A program made the position numbers and the translations under genes. Below the pieces are notes generated by a model. It was not told the origin of the DNA. It saw nothing but the letters and a program-made list of their open reading frames with translations, and did no database searches. This document shows, piece after piece, positions 35,141 through 45,570 of a DNA stretch of 64,000 nucleotides. Within the stretch, counting starts at the first letter, position 1. The number at the start of each line of letters is the position of its first letter. The stretch comes from Amoebophrya sp. A120 (taxonomy: Eukaryota; Protista; Dinoflagellata): the NCBI GenBank assembly GCA_905178155.1, contig CAJINV010000007.1, forward strand, positions 1,581,341-1,645,340. Reading direction: 5' to 3'.

Positions 35141-37042
35141 TCATCCTATTCTTTAGTTTCACTTCGCGAAGAAGAAGATGAAGATCTTGCTACTTCTTCC
35201 GGATGAACATGCAAGATGGCTGCATGGTCTGTTATGCTGTCCATGCATTGTAGTTCTTAGGGCCATTGTGAAATACGCTCTTTTTTTCTTGGATAGCATG
35301 GGAGCGGGAGGAGGAAGCAGTGAAACCCACAGGGTCGTTGTGAACTCCAACTCTGCACGGGGTTCGAAGCGAGGAAGTAGTAACTCCAAGCGGAGCACTG
35401 TCGGGCTGGAGCTGCAACTCAACTCGTCTTATCCTTATCCAGTGAAACAGTATCGCACTCGTACGAATGGCAGTCATGCGCAACAAATCTCTCTGTTTCT
35501 CATGGGGGAAATAAGCACATACAGATACAAATTCGAATTCCATTGGAAATTGTAATGCATTCCAGTACAATGTGTACGCCTACGATCATACTTTTGCAAT
35601 GCATACGTGTAGTTCCGCCCAGGCACCGGGGGCGACGAGGTGCAACGGGCTGATTTTGTCGGAAGTGAGAGTTGGAGCTCTCTGATGAAAGACTATCCCA
35701 CGCCCCAACTGTGCCTGTGCGGAATTTTTTGCTTTGTGACATGTCATATCGGTATAGGACTACAACAACGAACGTACTTTCCTCTATTTTTTTTGTTGTT
35801 ATCAACGATCGAAACTGGAACTACTACAGGTGTGCCTTCCCCACTAACTATGTATACATAGGAATAAGTAGATTGATATATTCCCTCTTTGTCTGTACCT
35901 GTAGCTTTTACTTGATGCTGATTTTGATTTATATACCTGTCGGGCCGCTGGAAGAAGTGGCTCCTTCTCTTTGCCCTTGAAATACAGGATGATTGACTTT
36001 GTTCGTAATTATTTCTACTTCGATTTCGTTTTCTGCAAAAGTAAAGTCTCTGAAACAGTGAAAGAATTATGAAGTGAAACACCTTCTTGTACTCACCGGA
36101 CTATTTATTTTTAGTTGAAGTGAAACACCTTCTGGTGCTACATCCACCTGTTCATTTTTAGTTGGAAAAACAAATACTAATACAATGACAGTATAGAGAA
36201 ACTTGCTCCTTATTTTTTTGGCATGTAAAAAAAGTTAAATTGTTGGCTGAGCACGACGACTAAGCGTGATTTCCAGAGAGCAAGTAGTACGTGAACGAGT
36301 ATCAGCACTTTTTTGTATCAAAAATCGATACAGTAGATGATGCGAGGACGCATATGATTGCAATACCAGGACGATGGTGCTCGTCGTGTTCATTTAGTTG
36401 GCATCAACGCTGATATGGAAATTCATTCGAGCGCGGACTTGAGCAGCGAAACCACATTTTTATCACGCTTGATGTGAGCATCTGCATGAGCGCCAAATAC
36501 AAGTGCTGGTCGATTTATTTCGCCGCCCACCGCAGAGGCAGGCAGGAGGCACGCACTGTGACTGTGACTGGCACAATGATTGCGATCACAATTCAGTATA
36601 TCTTCGAGCCTACAACAACTACAGTATCCACGATTCTGGCGAGACAAAGGAATTAACCCATACTAACCCGGTAATTATATTGAAATTGTGTGAAGGAGCA
36701 GCTCCTGTGAGGTCTACAACCTTGCACGACGCACACAAACCAATATAGATGAGACAACCGTACTAGTTTTTTAGTGCCACCTGCCAGTAGCTTGAATAAA
36801 GCGTACTATTGTTGTACCACTTACTGTACCTAGCTCCGCAACATGACAGAGGCCGAAACGACGCTTCGCCAGCGAGGCGAGAGTGAAACTGCGGCAGCGA
36901 GCGGCGCCAAAGAGGACCAGGGGAAGCCGTGTCCAATGAGTGGAAAGTACGGAACTTGTCCAGGTAGTACTTGGCACAATTGGAAAAGTAGTTTAAGTTT
37001 TTCATAAAAGAAAAATGGAGTTTCGTTTCTCAGTAGAAAAAG

Positions 37043-37342
37043 ATGTCGACATACATAAAGCAAAAATGTTTTTCTAGTATCAAAGAAACTACCTCCGAAA
37101 TTACAGTTTCGGGCCTTCTGTCCTCCTCTCCCGCTGCAAAGAAGAAAGACCCGTTTGCCGCCGGCGCAAAATCTATGGTGCCGGCAACGACGGAAGCTTC
37201 GTCATCAGCCGCGAGCGGGGAGTCGTTTCTCTGGGCGTTGTGCCCGATCCACTGGGAGCGAAACACGCTGTACTTGATTCTTTTGGCCTACGTCCTGGGC
37301 ATACTGAACGGGCTTGTCGTTGCGAAGTGGTTCATTTACTAG
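37043..37342 (+). CDS. Small tail-anchored membrane protein or terminal exon
   Basis: 99 aa ORF with a C-terminal TM helix LYLILLAYVLGILNGLVVAKWFIY. Confidence 0.45.
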   Translation: MSTYIKQKCFSSIKETTSEITVSGLLSSSPAAKKKDPFAAGAKSMVPATTEASSSAASGESFLWALCPIHWERNTLYLILLAYVLGILNGLVVAKWFIY

Positions 37343-39061
37343 CATCGGGCTTGTTGATAGTGAAGGTCAGAGTCTTTTCATGGACGAGAGGAGGTGGCTC
37401 AGTACATCGCCCGTCGCACCACAGCCGCAGCTCTGCGTTGATCTCATATGTTAAGGAAGGAAGAAGGAGACCCACGTGCTGGAGACCACGCAGCTGGCGG
37501 AGGGCAACGAGCGACTGTAGTAGAACGTCGTATAATTTAGGCCGCTTTTGGCAGTCGCAGAGCAGCTTGACAAGAACGACAACACACGACAATGCAACAA
37601 AATTAGTTCAACGGAGCATCAGCATCATGCGCATGATCATTCTAGCGACCAAAATGTACCACCTGCAAGCAATGTTTCTCTTGCACCCTGCTCATATTAG
37701 AGCAATGAGCTCTCAAGTACTAATAAATGCACATATTGGAGGACGAAGTCGAAGTCCGCCTCATGGAGAAAGGATCATCCGTGCCTCTGCAGTTGGACAA
37801 GTCGCCGCTCCCGGCTTTGTCCGTTCAGGCACGCGGTTCTTGTCAGGTCTTCGCTGTCGGAGAAGAATGAATGTTCACCGAGAAAGATCGTAATTTCGGG
37901 TACATCTACAACAGTGTGCTAGAACTACTTACAAGTGTAGAAATTTTGTAATTCGTGTAGGATTAAGTATCGATTTGATGTTTGCAGCTTCGAACTACCA
38001 ACGAACTCCACTAAGAGCAGTGGTGCTGCGTCGACCTAGACAAGTTGGCGTCGAAATTTCTGATTAGGCCAGCAGGTTTTACCCATGGCATTCCTTCGTA
38101 GTCGTGACACTGACACTTCGCTTAGTGCAAGACTTCTGGCACCCCAGGCGATCAGATTATTTTGAAAGAGAGATCATGAGCAAGACAATTAACGAAGACA
38201 CCGACCATGAGAAAACGGAGTGTGGTCCTCGCTATCGTCATTCCATCACGTAAAATACCGTTTGAAATCTAATGTGCAAAGCTTTAGAATAAAGAGCACC
38301 GGAGCAGCAGCGCCTGCAGCGACAAATGGGAATGGTCATGATCTCGTTGACCAGAACTAATTGGTGTGACTGACCAACAATGTTGACTGTGCCTCTTTCA
38401 GGATAGCGCAGGACAATCGAGTAGATCCACAAGGATACAACATACCTGCTTCTGCAGCATTCCCCTCGAACAAAAAAGTAGAAGCACGAGATCCTTAGAG
38501 ACACAGTCGTGATGAGTATTTTTGGTCACAAAGGTACACGGTGCCCAAGAAGATCACCAGAAAGTCAACAAGCGATTGGCAAGCTCCCACTATCTTGACC
38601 GAAATTCCATGTTAGTGGTTGCTTTTGATGCGTGTCTGTGAATGAAATGATGTTGAAGGTCTTGTGAAAGCAAATGCTCAATGGCTCCTTTCCGATCGCC
38701 TTGTCAATCCGGTCTTAAGAAGTTCACCCTGGCGAAAAACGAAAAAGATCAAGATCTTCCGTGATCGCAAATGAGAATATTTTTCTCGTGGTGCAAGGAG
38801 CTGATCTGTTAGTAAGTACTTGCAGATGACTTCTCTCAACCTGGCAGAAAGACCCATAGTAGCCGTAAAGACTCAAACCGTCGAATCGCATTTCGAAATT
38901 CTCACAGCAGGAACGACTGGGATGTTGATTTTCATACGATAGTACGAGCAGAAAGATATTGATCTACCTCTTGCCTTCGAAGGCGTCATCTTCGTCGAGA
39001 TAAATTTCCGCGAGCGTTTACGATTCGTTTCGGAGTAGATATCTTGATTTTTGACGTCAAA

Positions 39062-42000
39062 ATGGCTTCGTCCGGCAAGACCACTCCCGCGGCCCAGCAA
39101 ACGGAAACCGCGAAGACCGCGCTGCGTGTGTTTGTCTCCGGGCTCCCCGATGCGGACACGCTCCCAGCGGCGGAACTGCAGAACTTCATCCAGCAGAGCC
39201 TGTCGTTCCGCCCCAAAGCGGTATTCTGGGCGGTGGGGAAGTTTTGCATCCAGCTGAAGAAGGAGTCCGAAGTGGAAGAAGTGGTCAGCTTTTTGGACAA
39301 ACAAGTCTACGCGACGACTGCCGATGAGAAATTCACGCTGCGAGCGACGCGGGCCGCGACCTTTGTGGTGAATGAGCACGACCTGAGCTGCGCGCTGGAC
39401 TTGAAACTGTCGAAAGCAGACGTAGCAGGGTTGGAGAAAAATCAGAAAAAAATCCCGGTGGAAGAAGCAATTCTGCAGATCCTCCCGGAGGGATTGCGGT
39501 CGAAAACCCATGTTCGCTCGTTTTTATCAGCAGATCAGGCAGCCGCAGCTGGCGACAATGGTAATAAAGCTGCTGCTACTGGTACTGCTTCCTCCTCCTC
39601 CGCCCCCTCCTCCTTCCACCGGCTTTTTTTCGCTAAGCGTGCCCACGTGCAGCCCGCATTACACACCTTGCAGCAGAAATTTGGAAAGGAAAAGTGCATT
39701 CTGTCCTCGATCGTGCCGCAGTTTACGTCCGGGAAGTCCGGTCGGCTGATCGTGCGAAATCTCCGGTTCACCGCCGAGGAAGTGCACGTGAGGAAAGCCT
39801 TCAGCAAGTTCGGCGAATTGAAGGAAGTTTCCTTACCCGGAAAAGTGAAGCAGGGCGGAGATCGCAAATTGGCCGGGGTCGCGTTTGTCGAGTTTGTGAA
39901 GCGGGAGGACGCGGCGAAGGCTTTGGAGCAGATGAACGGGAAGGAAATTTGCAAAAGGCCTATTGCGGTGGACTGGTGCTTGGGCAAAGATGTGTATCAG
40001 CAGATGCAAAATAGCAACAGGTCGGTGGAGATGAAGGTGGTAGATGAAAATCAGGAGAAGGAAGCAGAAGCCGAAAATAGTGGAACTTCAAGAACTTCAG
40101 CACAAAAAATAACTGCGGATGAAAATGAGAAAGACCACGACAGCGAAGAAGATGCTGGCTCAGAATCGGATCCAGATGCCGAAGAAGAGGAGTCGGATGA
40201 TGCCGAAGATGAAAGTCAAGAGCACGACGACGCACATGGAGATTCAAAAGAACGACCTGACCCTTCTGCTTCCAGTTCATCTTCCAACAAAAAAACACCG
40301 TCGTCAAATAAATCGAAAAGAGACACGGTGGAGGCCTTGTCCAGCGACAGTGAGGCAGATTCAGACGAGGAAGATAAAGGCGCAAACGAATCGGATTCGG
40401 GAGATGACGACGACAGACCGAAGACCGAGCTCGGAAAGAACGCCATCGTGAACTCCGAGGAGGACAAAAAGAAGGAAGTGTTCGTGTTGAATGTCCCTTT
40501 CGACGCGACGAAACAGGACTTGGAAGCCGCCTTTGCCCGTTACGGCCCGGTAGCGAGGGTGTATTTGACTCCCGACCACAGCAAGGTCAACCCGCACCGC
40601 GGGAGCTGCTTTGTCAAGTTCGTCCAGGAGAGCGCGGTACTCAGTCAGTTTTTTGAATATGTTTATCTTTATTGAATAAGATGAACTAGTCGGAGTTCCT
40701 GTCGTCTGATCTGATGGTGATGAAGATGCATGCCATAGTACCCGCCTTCAAATTAATGATTGACCTATTGTATTAAAACCAAAATAACGCACTAATATCA
40801 GGTCGACAAGGTCCTCGGTGAGGAGAAGCGTCTGCAGGAAAAACTTCGCGAATTCGGTTGCAAGCAGGCCGCGGCGGTAGGTCAGGGGTCCGCTGCGACG
40901 AAGCTGGATGGGTTCGGTCTCGTCGTTAAGGGGAGACGCCTCATCATTCGCAGGCTCGAGAGCAGAGAAGACGTGGCGCAAAAGTACCGATTTTGATTTC
41001 GCTTGGTACTTATCTTCAAGAATGAACTTCCTGCGCAAAATAAATAGATTCCGAATCGAATTGCAATGTTCATCACCATGGTTATGTTGTAGCTTTCGGT
41101 TTGCATTACGTCCTAAAGTAACAAGGTGCCATCGCATCAATATCAATTTGAACTTTCACTTCTACACTTTACTCTGCTCAGGTCCAAGAAGTCCCTGAAA
41201 GAGCAGCGGCAAGCGGCGCGCAACCAGTACGCACATTTGCACATGCTGGGCGCAATCGAGGAGACAGCGCCTGAATTCAAGGAACTGACCAAACAGGAGC
41301 AGCAGTTGCGAAAACAGTCGCTGCAGGAAAAGAAGTTTAAACTGAAAGACCCGAACTACATAGTGAACCCGAAACGGTTGGTGTTGAAGAACTTGGATTT
41401 GCAACTCGACTCCGCCGCGATCAAGGAGAAGGTCGCGATTGTCATGGCGGCACTGGAGAAGAGTCGGGAAGAGAAGAAAGCCGAGGAAGAGAGAAACGCA
41501 GAAGATGCATCTGCCTCTAGCACGAAAGTAGAGAAGAAAACGAAAAAGAAGAAAATAGACAAACTCAGATCCACTGCAGAGGACCCACAGGATCTCATCA
41601 AGCCGCACTTGCAGCAGGTCAGCAAAGCGGAGAGACATAAACAGCAGAACAAGATCGCGACCGTCAACTTGATGCGTTCTTCTGACCGAAAGACCGCGGA
41701 CGGGGTGAGAAGATCTCTCGGTTACGCCTTTGTCGAGTTCAAAAACCACACCGACGCGTTAGACGTCTTGAAGCTGATGAACAACAACCCGAAACTGCAA
41801 TCCATTGACATCAAAAAGAGACTCCTGGTCGAGTTTTCCTTCGACGATAAACGGGCGTTGCGGACGCAGGAACTGGCGAAAAAACGAAAAGATGAGAAGT
41901 TGGCCGCGGCGAAGAGGAGACGGGAAGACGGCGAGGCGGAAGATGGACAAGAGGGTGAACGCGGTGGTGTTGCTTCTACTAGTGGTGGTCCTACTGCGAA

Positions 42001-42511
42001 GAAGCAAAAAGGCGAAGGGAAGAAAGGAAGTAGTGGCACTTCAGCTCCTGTTTCATCAAGTTCTTCAACAGGAAAGGAGTCTAGCACCGCTGAAGATCCA
42101 AGTGAGCCAGCAAAGAAGAAGCAAAAGACCAAGGGAGGCGGAAAGGGCACGACCACCGGCAAGGGTGGTTCCAGCGAAGGGAACAAGAAAGTAGACCATC
42201 CTGGTGACTCCAAAGACAGCGATGCCGCATCTTCTCGTGGTCCTAAAAAGGAGAAGAAGCTGAGCCGCGGTCAGAAACAACGCATGAAGCGACGAGAGGA
42301 ACGAGCCAAGGCGGAGCAAGCCGCGAAGCCAGCGAGCGCTGTAACAGTGAAAAAACAAGGGAACAAGAACGAGCAGAGGCGCGAAACCGTGAAGCAGGCG
42401 AAAATAGCGGAAAAACGAGCTCTGAGAAAAGCGCAGAAGGAGAAAGAGAGGCAAAAGCACGCGGAAACGGATGACTTGGAGGAGAAGTACATGCGGGGAC
42501 TAAGGAGATGA
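39062..42511 (+). CDS. RBM28: Nucleolar multi-RRM protein, RBM28/Nop4 family (60S biogenesis)
   Basis: RLIVRNL..GVAFVEF..MNGKEICKRPIAVDW, acidic linker, VFVLNVPFD..RGSCFVKF, KLKDPNY..RLVLKNL, SLGYAFVEF..MNNNP..RLLVEFS. Exons 39062-40636, 40802-40983, 41182-42511 with GT-AG introns. Confidence 0.9.
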
Positions 42512-43763
42512 TAGCATGATGCGCAACGAGGACGAGCGAGGAGAAAGATCTTTTGTAGTGGTTGAGCTCGCGTCTTTCTCCACATCAAACCTGCAAAAAT
42601 GTGAAACGCAATTTTAATATTAGCGGCGTTGTGAAACATCAAATTCAAAAACGGGAATGAAATACAAAAGGGCACAAACTTGCAGCCACTCTCTGTGTTC
42701 ATCTGACTAGCTCTCGCCCGCGAACGGGAAAGGAAAACTTCAGCAGATCTGATGTAGTTAGTGCCCGTTTTAATATTCCGTGTCTTTTAGTTTTGGAATT
42801 GTGCTCCTTTTCATTCGTCGTTGAGATCCATTTTTTCCAACATCGGAACTAAGAAAAGCGCCTTTTAACACAAACCAACTACGACCCCCACCATTTAGGT
42901 CCTGTCCAATTCGGGTCAGAAGACGAAGCCGGGGCGCGGGGGTGCCAAGCCGAAACAGACCGCGACGACGCAGGAATCATAGCGCCCGTGCTCGGAAGCT
43001 ACGCTGTCGGTCGGTCTTTATGCTTTTTTTGCATGCCATTCATGTTCATCATTTAGAACCCTAATATTCGAGCGCCCTACTGGCCGTGTCGACATTCTCG
43101 TACGATTTCCAAAACCTTCGTTGGTCTGTACCAGAACGAGAAGTGATAGATCTGCTGACGCTCGTGATCTCGTTTGTACAAAAAGCTCTTCTGTAGATGT
43201 ACTTAGCTGTGTCGGATGCGATTCCATGCACAACAGAACTGTGCGTATGCAAAATGAGATGCTCAATAAAAAAAGTTCCTTTGTCAACCAACGATCATCT
43301 GTGCCACTTTGTGTGTCGTGACCACATGAGCACATTCTCACAATAAAAAACATTTCCCAATGAAATTACGCAGGACACAGGATGCTGATGCTTTGCTCTG
43401 GCTAGTGGTATTTAGCTCAAACACCGCCAAGATCGTACTCTCAGGCTGTTCGCATGGTTTTCTCCACTTACGTCGTGTATCCGTGGCTAGGATTCTTTTT
43501 TTGTTTTTCGTTCTTTTTTACTCTACCTGCTATACGCCTTCCGACGCTACCATACCTTGTCTTTCCTGACCTAGTCCCATTTCCGCACCTAGATATTCTC
43601 TATGCATATGCATTGACGTCCAGCATTCATGTTTGCAATTTTTTGTGCCTAGTCCCATTGCAGTCATCCTTCAGAAACCAACGGTAGCAAAATGTGTACA
43701 CGATGTTCTTCCTCGTCCCCGGCCTTCCAGCTCCGCTCCATGCTCGGCAGGGCTTTTTGCTCC

Positions 43764-44167
43764 GACCTGCTGGTGGTGCCGCCGGGTGACACGGGACCTA
43801 CTTCCGAGCTGCGGGTGTAACTGCTACCGGAGTGAGGTCGATGCGTACCGCGACTGCGCCAAAGAGGCCAAGTAGCTGGTTTGGCCCTTTTGACGGCATG
43901 AACCCCGCCCGACGGGCTACTGTTCGGGACGTGTGCGCGACAAAACCGATCTCCGCCCAGAGGGTGTTCGTCGACGAAAGCTGGTCGGCATTCGGGCCCG
44001 ATGACGAAAGCTGGCTCAACCGGTTTGCTCAGCTGGTGGTGCCGATTTGACCTGCCGGTTTTGTGCGCGATGATATTCCGGGCGATCCGGCAGCTGGTCT
44101 TCTGCGCGATGGTGTTCCGATGTGACCTGCTGGTGGTGCCGCCGGGTGAAACGGGACCTACTTCCGA
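43764..44167. repeat. 44-bp direct repeat, 360 bp apart
   Basis: gacctgctggtggtgccgccgggtga(c/a)acgggacctacttccga at 43764-43807 and 44124-44167. Confidence 0.85.
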
Positions 44168-44562
44168 ATCGCCGCCTTTTGTTGTGCCTGTTGGTCTTTC
44201 GCACGGTGGTATGGCGCCCGTACACATATTCCCCGACCGACCTGTCCAACCCTGGAGCTCCTGTGGGTGATGCGATACTCCCTCCACGGACACGATTTAC
44301 GGACTCTACTTGCATCCCCGACCGCCAAGGCCCCGTCTTTGCACCTGCTACTCCGACTGTGATACCTCCGTTCGGATTTGCGTCTGCCGGTCGCTGTGTG
44401 GATTTGATGTTGATAAGAGGATGACGAGCTTTATTTATCGGAACTTTTATAACTCGAACGCCCGACGAAAGCAAAGGAACAAGTTTAAAACTAGTAAAAA
44501 CTTGTTTGCTTTTCTCCGACTGCTAGTGCCGCCACTAGATAGAGATACCTCTTCTATGAAAG

Positions 44563-44952
44563 TTCTCCTGATAGCTCACGTAGGCTCGCCTCGCCTGGTC
44601 CGCATTGTAAATTCTAACTTTATTATTATCTCCCCGACCGGAAGCTCGGCTTCTTTTTTACTTTTTGTTTCATACGACTGTGTTTGTGTACATCTCGGCA
44701 CTTGCGCTTATCGTGGTAGGATCCTACTTTCGATATCATCTACAACGAACGACCATCATCTACAACTTTTTTTTGAGCCCAACAAGGAGCTGACCACACA
44801 ACTAACGGGCTAGGACCACCCAGCACCTACATGGTGATTTTTAGGCGAGTGAATTTAAAATATAGCATTCCTGATAGTTCATGTTGATCCGTCTCGCCTG
44901 GTCCGCATTGTAAAAACTCATGTATCATTATCTCCCCGACCTAAAGCTCGTT
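44563..44952. repeat. Imperfect ~85-bp direct repeat
   Basis: cctgatag..ctcgcctggtccgcattgtaaa..attatctccccgacc..aagctcg at ~44563-44650 and ~44868-44952. Confidence 0.75.
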
Positions 44953-45485
44953 TGCTCTTTTCGTATAGGATTTCTATACATAGCTGCTAATTCTCGTAAC
45001 GCACAATAATTCAAAAGATCTGACGTATCTGTTGGTATGACTTTTTTGTATGCTTTCGCAGAGCCGCATCCTCTGTGATCCCGCCCTTCGTATGTATTTC
45101 CCATAGCTGTCTCCGAGCCGCTTTTTTCGGAAACGCTATGATCGCTTGTTCTGCCATCATTTGTATTCGTGGAGCCGCACCCTCCACTGCATTGTGCCGG
45201 CGCCTCATTGTACGATGTGCGAGCTGGGTACTTTGCCTGGCACTTTTGTGAGATTTGTAGATCCCCGGAAACATTTTTTTTTCGCTCACTTCGATCTTGA
45301 TCTTCAGTAGGGTTCACGCAGTTCTGTTATTTTCAATTTTTCTACGACTTTCATGTATACACGCAGAGATAGCTGGTACCCCTATTTGGTATCCTGTTTC
45401 TGGGGTACCCGGGAGCCGTTTCCTCCCTCGCTGGGTATAAGCGAATTCGCCCGTAAGGGTCCCGTCTAGGCGGTGTGAAAATGTT

Positions 45486-45534
45486 TGTTGTCTGCGAAAC
45501 GTAAACCTTTTCTGTTGTCTGCTGAAACGTAAAC
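45486..45534 (+). repeat. TGTTGTCTGCGAAACGTAAA motif, two tandem copies; a third copy at 48768-48787
   Basis: An exact 20-mer occurs on both sides of the kinase-like ORF. Confidence 0.8.
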
Positions 45535-45570
45535 ACTTCAAAAACAAATCTGTACCACAACATACACACC

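Noticed and set aside
45300-45570. Relic dinoflagellate spliced leader upstream of the intronless kinase
   Set aside because: No CCATTTTGGCTCAAG-like match seen by eye.
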